In this document: positions 9,376 to 19,015 of the stretch, in pieces
How the letters are laid out: every line of letters starts with the position of its first letter
How positions within the stretch are numbered: position 1 is the first letter of the stretch
Assembly (NCBI GenBank): GCA_000830295.1
Contig: CP010425.1
Span: 480,001 to 544,000 of the forward strand
Origin: an archaeon GW2011_AR15
GTDB taxonomy: Archaea; Nanobdellota; Nanobdellia; Woesearchaeales; GW2011-AR15
Reading direction: 5' to 3'
DNA length: 64,000 nucleotides
The notes under the pieces: model-generated
Told to the model about the DNA's origin: nothing
The model's database searches: none
The model's input: the letters and a program-made list of their open reading frames with translations, nothing else
Program-made: the position numbers and the translations under genes

Positions 9376-9846
9376 TTAATCAGCCAAGATGATTTCATCG
9401 ACTGGAATGTCCCATTCATTCGTTTCTAGTTTATTCATTAATTGATGTCTGTAACAAAGACCTACAATTCTTTTTTTCCCTTTTATTTTCTCCAAAAATC
9501 TATCAAAATAACCCTTTCCCCTCCCTTTTCTGTTTCCTTTCTCGTCAAACATCCTTCCCGGCACAAAGAAAATTTCAATATCTTCTTTTGTCACAGCAAT
9601 TCTCTTTTTTGGTTCATCAATCCCGTATGCCCCCTTCTGCAGCAACTCAAATTCTCCGATTTCCGATAATTCAATCTCATTTTTCTCTATATTGGACAGC
9701 GGTACCACAACACGCTTTCCACTAAACATCAGATATTTTATTATATTTCTAGTCTCGACTTCGTCATCCTTTGAAATATAAATAAATATAGTCTTAAAAT
9801 CTCTGCACATCTCCAGAACTTTCCTTTCGTAGTCTTTAATATCCAT
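9376..9846 (-). CDS. 5-formyltetrahydrofolate cyclo-ligase (N-terminally short)
   Basis: EVET, GAYGIDEP, VPGRMFD..G.RKGRGKGYFDRFL and WDIPVD motifs. Confidence 0.9.
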   Translation of the reverse strand: MDIKDYERKVLEMCRDFKTIFIYISKDDEVETRNIIKYLMFSGKRVVVPLSNIEKNEIELSEIGEFELLQKGAYGIDEPKKRIAVTKEDIEIFFVPGRMFDEKGNRKGRGKGYFDRFLEKIKGKKRIVGLCYRHQLMNKLETNEWDIPVDEIILAD

Positions 9847-9904
9847 ATTAACAGGTTAACCATATGTATAAATAAAGTTTATAAAGATTTCTTAATTATC
9901 TTGG

Positions 9905-10738
9905 ATGATGAAACTACTAGATGGCATGAAAGTCAGTGAAGGTATCTCTACCAATCTTGCAAAAATTACAGGCAAATTAAATTTAAAGCTTTCAATAATC
10001 TTGGTTGGCAAAAACCCATCATCAGTTGTTTATGTAAATGCTAAGAAAAGAAAATGCAATACATTAGATATTGAATGTGATGTAGTTCATTTTGATAATG
10101 ATGTTAAAGAAAAGAAAATTCTCGAAAAAATTGAATTACTTAACAATGATAGGATGGTTTCCGGAATTTTGGTCCAGCTTCCTCTCCCCTCTCATCTTGA
10201 CACAAGAAAAATACTAGATTCTGTTGATATAGGTAAAGATGTCGACGGCCTAAATTCATATTATCTAACAAAAATATTCCTGAATGAGGAGAAAATAGTT
10301 CCATGTACTCCAAAAGGAGTTATAACATTGCTTGATTATTATAAAATTAATTTATACGGCAAAAGGATATGTATTCTTGGTTTTAGCAATATAGTTGGGA
10401 AACCCCTAGCTGCAATGTGTATTAACAGAGGGGGGACGGTAACTATATGCAACAGTAAAACAAAGAATATAAAAGAGCACACACTAAGGTCAGATATAAT
10501 CATGAGCTCTGTTGGGAAACCAAAGCTGGTAACAAAGAACATGGTTTCGGATGGAGCAATTGTTGTAGATATAGGTTTTTCAAAAATTAAAGGAAAGACA
10601 TATGGTGATGTTGATTTTAACAACGTCAAAGAAAAATGCGCATATATATCTCCGGTTCCCGGGGGAGTCGGGCCAATGACAATAGTAAGTCTAATACAAA
10701 ATTTAATTCTCTTAAAGAAACTTAAGGACAATTTCTGA
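9905..10738 (+). CDS. folD: Methylene-THF dehydrogenase / methenyl-THF cyclohydrolase
   Basis: YVNAK (YxxxK), GILVQLPLP, KDVDG, PCTPKG, GDVDF and SPVPGGVGPMT motifs. Confidence 0.96.
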   Translation: MMKLLDGMKVSEGISTNLAKITGKLNLKLSIILVGKNPSSVVYVNAKKRKCNTLDIECDVVHFDNDVKEKKILEKIELLNNDRMVSGILVQLPLPSHLDTRKILDSVDIGKDVDGLNSYYLTKIFLNEEKIVPCTPKGVITLLDYYKINLYGKRICILGFSNIVGKPLAAMCINRGGTVTICNSKTKNIKEHTLRSDIIMSSVGKPKLVTKNMVSDGAIVVDIGFSKIKGKTYGDVDFNNVKEKCAYISPVPGGVGPMTIVSLIQNLILLKKLKDNF

Positions 10739-10746
10739 ATCTTTTA

Positions 10747-11541
10747 TCACATTGAATTCCAAAGTTCTTCAAATCTAAAAAACCTCTTTTTATTTTTTCT
10801 GAATAATGCATATCCTTCTCTATTTGGCCATGAGAAGTAAGAATGACCTCCTTCTTTTTGCTTAATCGATTTTATTTTGCCTTTCTTTAACTTATTATTG
10901 ATTTCAGAAATCATCTTCTCTATCAATTTTGAACTCTTATAATATACTCTCTGCATAGTGTCATTGGTATCTATAGTATATTTTTTCTGCAAAATTATTT
11001 CTCCGGTGTCCAGCATCGTATTTATGTAATGTGCAGTTACGCCACCTTTTTTCTCATTGTTCGCCGTGACCCAAAAATACGCACATAGCCCCCTGTATTT
11101 TGGTAATAAAGAATCATGAAAATTTATACAGCCATTCTTTGGGATTTTCAAAACCTCTTCCTTTATTTTCTGTGGATAAGAGACACTATAAATAATATCT
11201 GGCCTTAATTTTTTCATTAAATTTATAGTCTCTTCGCTATTGATATCTGCCGTCTTAAATATTGGAAATTTATATTCTTTTGAATATTTGATAAATGGTT
11301 TTAATTGTCCAATATTTAGTGAAGTTTTGATTCTATAGATTTTCTCTTCAAACCATTTGTAAAGACAAAACTGAAAAAAACTCTTCTTAAGCAAGAACCG
11401 CACCGAGCCAAAGAAAGATTTTTTAGGGATAATGAAATCAGGAAATATTACACCAATAATCTCTTTTTTATTTTCCCTCAAAAAATTTTTCAGGGCAATA
11501 TTTGCATACATGTGGTCATTAGATAAGATAAGTATTTTCAT
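10747..11541 (-). CDS. 10-formyl-THF-dependent (sugar) N-formyltransferase
   Basis: CINFHDSLLPKYRG and GVTAHY...LDTGEII carry the Asn/His/Asp catalytic set. It lacks the Fmt C-terminal tRNA-binding domain and lies in a glycan locus. Confidence 0.88.
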   Translation of the reverse strand: MKILILSNDHMYANIALKNFLRENKKEIIGVIFPDFIIPKKSFFGSVRFLLKKSFFQFCLYKWFEEKIYRIKTSLNIGQLKPFIKYSKEYKFPIFKTADINSEETINLMKKLRPDIIYSVSYPQKIKEEVLKIPKNGCINFHDSLLPKYRGLCAYFWVTANNEKKGGVTAHYINTMLDTGEIILQKKYTIDTNDTMQRVYYKSSKLIEKMISEINNKLKKGKIKSIKQKEGGHSYFSWPNREGYALFRKNKKRFFRFEELWNSM

Positions 11542-11563
11542 TCTATGCTTTCAGTTCCAACAA

Positions 11564-12661
11564 TTATTTTTCATAAAATTTGATAATAGTTCTGCAAACA
11601 TATTCTATCTGTTCTTTTGCGAGGCTGCAAAACACAGGCAGAGAAAGGCCACAAGTATAGGCCATCTCGGAAATATGATAGTTCTCATTCTTGCTCTTTA
11701 AATCAGAGAAGCATGGCTGCTTATGCAAAGGATAAAAGAATCTTCTTGTCTCTATCTTGTTTTTTTCAAGATAATCAACAAGTTCTTCTACCTTTTCTGC
11801 AAGAATGTTTGCACGGAAAGGTACGATATTTGTGTAGCTATTTTCTCCAAGAAACTTTATCTGTTTTACATTTTTCAGAAGATTTTTGTACATAGCATAA
11901 TTATTCAGTTTTATTTTCTCAATTTCTCCAAATTTTTTTATTTGAGCAACACCAACGGCGCACTGCAAATCTGTCATTCTAAAGTTCATTCCAATCCCCG
12001 GATGGATAAATGTGCTGCTATGTGGTCTTCCCTGATTCCTAAGAAGCTTTATTCTTTCATATATAATCTCATTATTTGTTAGTATCACCGCACCTTCTCC
12101 TGTTGTTATTGTCTTATCTGCAAAAAAAGAAATCATGCCCACATCCCCAATAGTGCCGGTATGTGTTCCTTTGTAAAATACGCCGAAGCCTTGCGCAGCA
12201 TCCTCGATAACCAGCAGATTGTGTTTTTTTGCAATACGCATTATGGGATCCATATCACATGACTGGCCATAGATATGGACAGGCATTATCGCTTTGGTTT
12301 TTTTGGTTATTTTTTCTTCAATTTTTTCTGGATCCATGTTTAAATCTGTCTTTGCAACATCCACAAAAACAGGAGTTGCACCAGTAAATGCAATTGAGGA
12401 GCCAGAGGCATTAAATGTAAAATCAGACACAATAACTTCATCGCCTTTCTTGATCCCACAGCCAAGCAAACACAGGAACAATGCAAGAGTGCCATTAGAC
12501 GCCAGGAGGGCATATCTGGCTTTTGTAAATTCCTGCAGCCTGTCAAGAAATTCCTTGGCAAAAAGCCCTTCAGACAGCCATTTATTCCTGATAACAATCT
12601 CTAGATTTTGCAATTCCTCCTTGCCAACATAAGGCTCTAATTGTGGTACTTTGTATTCCAT
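11564..12661 (-). CDS. DegT/DnrJ/EryC1/StrS sugar aminotransferase (perosamine synthase-like)
   Basis: NGTLAL, PVHIYGQ, EDAAQ, SFFADKTITTGEG (PLP lysine) and GMNFRMTDLQCAVG motifs. Confidence 0.92.
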   Translation of the reverse strand: MEYKVPQLEPYVGKEELQNLEIVIRNKWLSEGLFAKEFLDRLQEFTKARYALLASNGTLALFLCLLGCGIKKGDEVIVSDFTFNASGSSIAFTGATPVFVDVAKTDLNMDPEKIEEKITKKTKAIMPVHIYGQSCDMDPIMRIAKKHNLLVIEDAAQGFGVFYKGTHTGTIGDVGMISFFADKTITTGEGAVILTNNEIIYERIKLLRNQGRPHSSTFIHPGIGMNFRMTDLQCAVGVAQIKKFGEIEKIKLNNYAMYKNLLKNVKQIKFLGENSYTNIVPFRANILAEKVEELVDYLEKNKIETRRFFYPLHKQPCFSDLKSKNENYHISEMAYTCGLSLPVFCSLAKEQIEYVCRTIIKFYEK

Positions 12662-12690
12662 GTTTCAACACCTAAAACCATCACTATCGT

Positions 12691-14127
12691 CTAAAATAAT
12701 TTAAATTTTACAAATGCTTTCCAGGCCATCTTGAGCAACAAAAATAAATGCTTGAATTTACTGATTATATTTTTTCCATAGGCCTTTGGTTCACCATATA
12801 TTCTAGGAACATAATGTACAGGTATTTCAACAACTTTTAAATTATGCCCTATTGCTCCGAATATCAGCTCAAAATCACCAAAAGGGTCAAAATCACCAAA
12901 ATAACTTATATTTTTTCTTATCTTAAGATAATTTTTTTTGGAAATGGCTTTGAAACCACACAATGTGTCTGTGAACCTTTGGCCTAAAATAACCGTAAAT
13001 AGGTTTCCAAAGAACCGATTTATTATAAAATTGCCAAAAGGCATAGCATCTTTTTCCATTGCATAGACTAGGCGCGTGCCATTTACATATTCTCCAAGAC
13101 CAAGTGCATATGCATCATAAAAGAGCTTTATCTCTTCCGGCGGGGAAGTAAGGTCTGCTTCAAGCCAGCACACAAAATCACCTTTTGCATTATCGAATCC
13201 CATCCTGAAAGCATCACCCTGTCCAATCCCTCTTTGTTTCAGGAATTTTATATCTTTATCAGGGTATTTCTTAATCATTTCCTTGATTTTTTTGACAGTA
13301 TTGTCTTTTGAATGCCCTTCAACAAACAATATTTCTGTGTTTTTTCCCATAGAAGGTATTTTTTTTACAAGCTCCTCAATATTGCCCTCCTCATCTCTAC
13401 AAGTTATTACAACCGAGGTGGTTATGTCCTTGACATTGTCCGGGGGGCACATTAGCCGGGCTATCACGACTTGTTCAAGGCAAAACCGCCTTATTACCGG
13501 CAATTTTGATATTAATGTGTTTGATGCTTCAGAGACAATGGGAAAATATTTCGGAAACAGGAGGAAAAAATCCCTCTTAATCACTTGGTATCCGGCAATA
13601 TAAAGGAAATTATCAATATCATCTATAGAAGGCCAGTTAAATATCATTTCAGGCTTCTTCATTCCTAAAGATTCAGATATTTTTAGTATAGGGTTCCACA
13701 GTTGATTGTAATAGTTTATTATGAGCCTTGTGTCTGAACTACACATCTTTGAGATATTCTGAAGCAGTCTCTGTATATTCTTTACAGACCCGATAGTACC
13801 GGAGATTATAATATAATCAAATTTAAAATCAACAGAAAAAGATTCAATATCTTCACAATAGAACTTTATTTTAGGATATTTTTTCTTTGCTATTTTTATC
13901 ATTCCATCACTTATATCAACTCCAACACCATAAGAAGAGTAAAGATTTCCAATTAAATTACCAGCACCACATCCAAGCTCCAGTATACTGCTGTTTCTCG
14001 GGATGTTATTTCTATAATATCTTAGTATTTGACTATGATAATACATATTTTTTTTATACCAGGTGTCCCATCTTTTAGAAACAGAATTATTGATCTCCCT
14101 TATTTTATTCAGCTTATCACCCACCAT
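12691..14127 (-). CDS. Fusion of a SAM methyltransferase domain and a GT2 (polyprenol-phosphate glycosyltransferase-like) domain
   Basis: N-terminal ILELGCGAG. C-terminal SVVITCRDEEGNI, EGHSKDNT, LEADL, GTRLVY, TDTLCGFK and DPFGDF. Confidence 0.88.
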   Translation of the reverse strand: MVGDKLNKIREINNSVSKRWDTWYKKNMYYHSQILRYYRNNIPRNSSILELGCGAGNLIGNLYSSYGVGVDISDGMIKIAKKKYPKIKFYCEDIESFSVDFKFDYIIISGTIGSVKNIQRLLQNISKMCSSDTRLIINYYNQLWNPILKISESLGMKKPEMIFNWPSIDDIDNFLYIAGYQVIKRDFFLLFPKYFPIVSEASNTLISKLPVIRRFCLEQVVIARLMCPPDNVKDITTSVVITCRDEEGNIEELVKKIPSMGKNTEILFVEGHSKDNTVKKIKEMIKKYPDKDIKFLKQRGIGQGDAFRMGFDNAKGDFVCWLEADLTSPPEEIKLFYDAYALGLGEYVNGTRLVYAMEKDAMPFGNFIINRFFGNLFTVILGQRFTDTLCGFKAISKKNYLKIRKNISYFGDFDPFGDFELIFGAIGHNLKVVEIPVHYVPRIYGEPKAYGKNIISKFKHLFLLLKMAWKAFVKFKLF

Positions 14128-14147
14128 AATAGCATTCCAACCCCGCC

Positions 14148-15203
14148 CTAATCATAATATTCGCTCGCGGAGCTTTCCTTCCAGTCAGATTCCACCATAA
14201 TTCTCACAAGCTCTTTAAACTTTGTTTTTGGTTGCCATTTTAGTTTTTTCTTGGCTTTTGTTGAATCCCCAAGCAGCGTATCAACCTCTGCAGGTCTGAA
14301 GTATCCTTTGTCTATTCTAATTATAGCTTTGCCGGTTTTTTTATCGATTCCAACTTCATCCAGGCCTTTACCTTCCCATTTAATCTGAATTCCAAGAACA
14401 TTACATGTTTCTTCAATAAACTCTCTTACAGAATGGTTTTCTCCTGTTGCAATGACATAATCTTCAGGTCTCTCCTGTTGCAGCATAAGCCACATTGCCT
14501 CAACATAATCCTTAGCATACCCCCAATCTCTCTCTGCATTAATATTTCCAAGATAAACACAATCCTGCAATCCTTTTTTCACTCTGCACAGCCCCAATGT
14601 TATTTTTCTTGTTACAAAAGTTTCACCCCTTCTTGGGGATTCATGATTAAACAGGATTCCATTGCAGGCAAATAAATTATAGGCCTCCCTGTAATTTACA
14701 GTTATCCAGTAAGAAAAAACTTTTGCGCAGGCATACGGGCTTCTCGGATGAAACGGGGTTGTTTCTTTCTGTGGTGTCTCCCATACTTTACCAAATATCT
14801 CTGAGCTTGATGCCTGATAGAACCTTGATTTGAACTGATTTTCCCTTAATGCTTCTAGTATTCTCAGCGTGCCCAACGCAATAGTGTCAGCTGTATATTC
14901 AGGAATCTCAAAACTGACTTTTACGTGACTTTGGGCTCCAAGATTGTAAATTTCATTTGGTCTGATAGTCCTTAATATGTGGTTTATGTTACTAGCATCT
15001 GTAAGGTCACCGTATATAGTATCAAATCTTGGATGATTGTAGATATGGTTTATCCTTTTTGTATTAAATGAGCTTGATTTTCTTTGTATCCCATATACAT
15101 TATAGCCTTTTTCCAATAGAAACTCAGCAAGATAGGAGCCGTCCTGCCCAGTAATTCCGGTTATCAATGCCCTTTTGGCGCTTTTTGTTGTCTCGTTAGT
15201 CAT
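14148..15203 (-). CDS. gmd: GDP-mannose 4,6-dehydratase
   Basis: [52 protein letters not shown] and RDWGYA motifs. Confidence 0.97.
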   Translation of the reverse strand: MTNETTKSAKRALITGITGQDGSYLAEFLLEKGYNVYGIQRKSSSFNTKRINHIYNHPRFDTIYGDLTDASNINHILRTIRPNEIYNLGAQSHVKVSFEIPEYTADTIALGTLRILEALRENQFKSRFYQASSSEIFGKVWETPQKETTPFHPRSPYACAKVFSYWITVNYREAYNLFACNGILFNHESPRRGETFVTRKITLGLCRVKKGLQDCVYLGNINAERDWGYAKDYVEAMWLMLQQERPEDYVIATGENHSVREFIEETCNVLGIQIKWEGKGLDEVGIDKKTGKAIIRIDKGYFRPAEVDTLLGDSTKAKKKLKWQPKTKFKELVRIMVESDWKESSASEYYD

Positions 15204-15295
15204 CCTATTAAGGTGTTAAATTAGTTAATAATCTATATACTTTTTGTTTTTTAAAAGATAAAGCTTAAAATTAGAACAGGTTTCTCTATTATAGT

Positions 15296-16549
15296 ATGTA
15301 TAAAGTTGCAATAATCGGCTTAGGTTATGTCGGCCTTCCTCTGGCATGCCTCTGCGCAAAAAAAGGGCATAAAGTCATAGGGCTGGACATAGACAAAAAC
15401 AAAATCGATAAAATCAATATCGGAGTAAGTCCTCTTGATGATGAATACATCAAAAAAAATCTGAAAAAAGGCGCAATTGTAGCAACTGATGATTTTTCAA
15501 AAATAAAAGCTGCAGAAATCATTGTTATATGCGTTCCAACCCCAGTAAATAAGGAACATCTCCCTGATTTGTCTTTTGTGGAAAAGTCAGTCGAGAGCGT
15601 GTCAAAAAATCTGGAAAAAGGACAATTAGTAGTCTTGGAAAGCACAGTCTACCCCGGCACAACAGAGGAAATAATCAAACCCATTCTTGAAAAATCAGGA
15701 AAAGCATTTTACCTGGCGCACTGCCCTGAAAGGATTGATCCCGGAAACAAAAAATGGACAATTGAGAATATTCCAAGGGTTGTTGGCGGCACAAATCACG
15801 AATCAACAGAAAAGGCCGCAGAATTCTATAGGACAATAATAAGCGCCGATATCATTGAAGTTAAATCATCCAAAGAAGCTGAAGCAACCAAAATAATGGA
15901 GAATACCTTCAGGGATGTCAACATAGCCTTCATCAATGAGATGGCAAAGAGCTTTGACAGGGCAGGAATTGATATTATTGATGTGATAAAAGGGGCGTCC
16001 TCAAAGCCGTTTGCATTCATGCCGCACTATCCGGGGGTAGGAGTCGGTGGCCACTGCATTTCAGTTGATCCCCATTACCTAATTGCAAAGGCAAGAGGAT
16101 ACGGGTTTGAGCATGAATTTCTGAAGCTGGCAAGGAAAATAAACGACAGCATGCCCGAATACACTGTCGAACTTCTGGAAAAAGAGCTGAAAAAATCTGG
16201 AAAAGACCTTGCAGGAGCAAAAGTAGGTGTTCTTGGCCTGGCATACAAAGGCAACATTGACGACATAAGGGAGAGCCCGGCGGTTGAGGTAATAAAGATA
16301 TTAAAAGAGAAAAAAGCAAATGTTGTTGTTTACGATCCCCACATTCCGATAAAATCAGATGCAAAAACTCTTTCAGAACTAGTGGATAAATCAGACTATC
16401 TTATTCTTGTGACTGCGCATGACGAATTCAGAAATATGGATCTTGAGAAACTCAAGGGAAAAATAAAAATAATAATTGATGGAAGGAACTGCCTTGATAA
16501 AAACAAAGTAATAGCTTTGGGCATAAAGTATAAAGGCATAGGAAGGTAG
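15296..16549 (+). CDS. UDP-N-acetylhexosamine 6-dehydrogenase (WbpA/WecC/TviB-like)
   Basis: GLGYVGLP, CVPTP, ESTVYPGTTE, PERIDPGN, ENTFRDVNIA and GVGGHCI motifs. Confidence 0.92.
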   Translation: MYKVAIIGLGYVGLPLACLCAKKGHKVIGLDIDKNKIDKINIGVSPLDDEYIKKNLKKGAIVATDDFSKIKAAEIIVICVPTPVNKEHLPDLSFVEKSVESVSKNLEKGQLVVLESTVYPGTTEEIIKPILEKSGKAFYLAHCPERIDPGNKKWTIENIPRVVGGTNHESTEKAAEFYRTIISADIIEVKSSKEAEATKIMENTFRDVNIAFINEMAKSFDRAGIDIIDVIKGASSKPFAFMPHYPGVGVGGHCISVDPHYLIAKARGYGFEHEFLKLARKINDSMPEYTVELLEKELKKSGKDLAGAKVGVLGLAYKGNIDDIRESPAVEVIKILKEKKANVVVYDPHIPIKSDAKTLSELVDKSDYLILVTAHDEFRNMDLEKLKGKIKIIIDGRNCLDKNKVIALGIKYKGIGR

Positions 16550-16555
16550 CTTCCT

Positions 16556-18106
16556 ATGGCAGAATACTCAAAAAAAATAGTAAAAGGCACAATAACAGTG
16601 CTTATTTTCACGTTTCTTTCTGCTCTTTTGGGATATGTTCTGAAATTCGTGTTTGCAAGATATCTGCAGGTTGAAGAGATTGGTCTTTTTTATTCCGTTC
16701 TGGGATTTATTCTTTTCTTTGCATTCATCAGAGATTTGGGTCTGTCTGATTCCCTTACGTATTTTATTCCAAGATTTAAAGTAGATAACAAAAAGAAAAA
16801 TATCAAATCAGCTATTTTATTTACACTCTATATCCAGATGGCAATCGGAATTCTGTTTGCTGTTGTTTTTGTTGCATTGTCAAATACTCTTGTAAAATAT
16901 TATTTTAAGGATGAACGGGCACTTTTTCTCATACTCGGGCTTGCATTTTACTTTGTTATCGAAGGGATTTATGAAGTATTATTCCAATCTTTCCAGGGAT
17001 TTCAGGATATGTTTCTTTTTCAGGGGCTGGAGTTTTCTTTCCAGGTCATATCACTTGCCTTTTTTTTGGTATTTATATTTGCCAAAATACCAATAACATA
17101 TTTTGCCATAGTTTATCTTATTAGCATGATAATTTCCACAACAATTTTCTTCGTTTTGTTTGTTAAAAAGTTGTTTCCGGATTTCTTTTATATAAAGACA
17201 AAAATATCAAAAAAACTGAAAAAAGAAATGCTTGAGTATTCATTTCCAACAATGATGGGTAGCCTTGCGGGTACAATCTTTAGCCAGCAATCAGTATTCT
17301 TCCTCACTTTTTTTGTAGGACTTGAAGCAGTGGGCTATTATGTCATGGCGCACGCTCTTGCAAAAATCTCAATCTTCTTTTTCAAGGCTGTAAATTTTGT
17401 TTTTTCCCCCATAATGTCAGAGATGTGGAAAAAGAAAGACATCAAAAGCCTGAATTATTATTTTAATGAAATGATAACATACACATATGTTGTTGGGGTT
17501 CCGATGGTCCTCGCTCTTGTTGTTTTTCCCCAAGAGATTCTTAGGATATTATATTCAGACTCCTTTTTGCCAGCATCACAAGCCCTAATGCTATTAGCAT
17601 TTTATTACCCTTTTTTTAGTTTTAACAGCCTCTTCAAAAGAGCATTTTTAAGCGCCGGCATGCCAAAACTTGCAAGAAATGCAACGTATGCCACACTAAT
17701 AGTAAACCTGGTTTTTAATATTGTTCTTATCCCCACATATGGCCTTCTTGGTGCAGTAATAGCCGATATAGTATCTATCGCTATTACAACAATTTATGTA
17801 TTATATCTAAACCACAAACACCTATCAATCCTCATAGATAAAAATAAACTTGTAAGGGTTATCGTAGCTTCAACACTTTTCATCATATCTGCGGCCGTCC
17901 TTAAGCACATAATTAACATGCCAATAATCCTTGAATTGATTTTAGTATTGATTATTGCAGGCGGCACTTATATAGGGGCCATATTCGCTCTTGGCATAAT
18001 ATCGTTTAAGAAAATAATTTTTGTTTTGGATTTAATTACCAATAAGAAGTTTAGGCATTATTTTTTGAAAGAAGAGAAAGTGCCAATTAAAGATACCCCC
18101 AAATAG
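16556..18106 (+). CDS. MOP-superfamily oligosaccharide flippase (Wzx/AglR-like)
   Basis: About 14 hydrophobic segments, DLGL motif and LIPTYGLLGAVIA C-terminal signature. Confidence 0.88.
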   Translation: MAEYSKKIVKGTITVLIFTFLSALLGYVLKFVFARYLQVEEIGLFYSVLGFILFFAFIRDLGLSDSLTYFIPRFKVDNKKKNIKSAILFTLYIQMAIGILFAVVFVALSNTLVKYYFKDERALFLILGLAFYFVIEGIYEVLFQSFQGFQDMFLFQGLEFSFQVISLAFFLVFIFAKIPITYFAIVYLISMIISTTIFFVLFVKKLFPDFFYIKTKISKKLKKEMLEYSFPTMMGSLAGTIFSQQSVFFLTFFVGLEAVGYYVMAHALAKISIFFFKAVNFVFSPIMSEMWKKKDIKSLNYYFNEMITYTYVVGVPMVLALVVFPQEILRILYSDSFLPASQALMLLAFYYPFFSFNSLFKRAFLSAGMPKLARNATYATLIVNLVFNIVLIPTYGLLGAVIADIVSIAITTIYVLYLNHKHLSILIDKNKLVRVIVASTLFIISAAVLKHIINMPIILELILVLIIAGGTYIGAIFALGIISFKKIIFVLDLITNKKFRHYFLKEEKVPIKDTPK

Positions 18107-18107
18107 G

Positions 18108-18980
18108 TCAGAACTTTTCACTTAGTTTTGCAATAAAAATATTACTGTCAGCATCATCAGGGGAAACACCTTCTTTTATACAGCTAAGGAAGGCCGCCAC
18201 TTCCTCTTGCAATGGCTCTTTTTCATTTCTAAAAATAGGCTTCAATCTGCTTTTTTCAGACACCAAAATCGTGTTATCTTTCCAGACAAATTCTTTCCCG
18301 GATCTTGTTTTTACTGTAACGCGCTTTTCTTTTTTCTTTGAGACCCTATCTATGTTTATAGTTGCATTATACTTTTTAGATTCTAAACTTAAACTGATGA
18401 TATCGGCATCTGTTTTTACTCCCTTTTTAGTTTTCATGACAAAGCTGTCGGGAGGGTTGCCAGTTAAATCATATACCAAAGTCCAGTCATGCACCGCCAG
18501 ATTCTGGAATATGCTTTCCCCGAAGCTCCCATATTTTTTCCAGTCTGTTTCTATCATAACAGGCGCATCATTCCCCACCAGCTTTTTTAGTTCGATATAG
18601 CACGGATGGTATAAGAAAATATATCCAACAAACAAAACGAGTTTTTTCTTTCTCGCCAGATCATACAATTCTTTAACTTCGTTTTTATTCAATGCCAATG
18701 GTTTTTCCACAAACACGTGTTTTCCTGCAGCAAGAGCATCTTTTGCAATCTTATAGTGCGTGCTTATGGGAGTTGATATGATTACAGCATCAACTGTTTT
18801 GTCATTGAGAATCTCTGAATATTCTCTTGTTATTCTGACAGCAGGATAATGTTCCTTTATCCATCTCTCAGTTTCTTTGCTTTCCTTGTATGCTGTCCAT
18901 TTGACAGTGCTTAGCTTATCAAAAACTCTGAGAAGATTTTTACCCCAGTTGCCTACCCCGATTATTCCGACACTTACCAT
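18108..18980 (-). CDS. Gfo/Idh/MocA family oxidoreductase
   Basis: GIIGVGNWG, STPISTH, GKHVFVEKP and LAVHD motifs. Confidence 0.9.
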   Translation of the reverse strand: MVSVGIIGVGNWGKNLLRVFDKLSTVKWTAYKESKETERWIKEHYPAVRITREYSEILNDKTVDAVIISTPISTHYKIAKDALAAGKHVFVEKPLALNKNEVKELYDLARKKKLVLFVGYIFLYHPCYIELKKLVGNDAPVMIETDWKKYGSFGESIFQNLAVHDWTLVYDLTGNPPDSFVMKTKKGVKTDADIISLSLESKKYNATINIDRVSKKKEKRVTVKTRSGKEFVWKDNTILVSEKSRLKPIFRNEKEPLQEEVAAFLSCIKEGVSPDDADSNIFIAKLSEKF

Positions 18981-19015
18981 GGCCAGAAATATATCAAATT
19001 TCTATAAAAAACCTT

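Noticed and set aside
10747-11541. Methionyl-tRNA formyltransferase (fmt) or PurN
   Set aside because: It lacks the Fmt C-terminal domain, archaea do not use fMet initiation, no pur genes are nearby, and it is coupled to a sugar aminotransferase.
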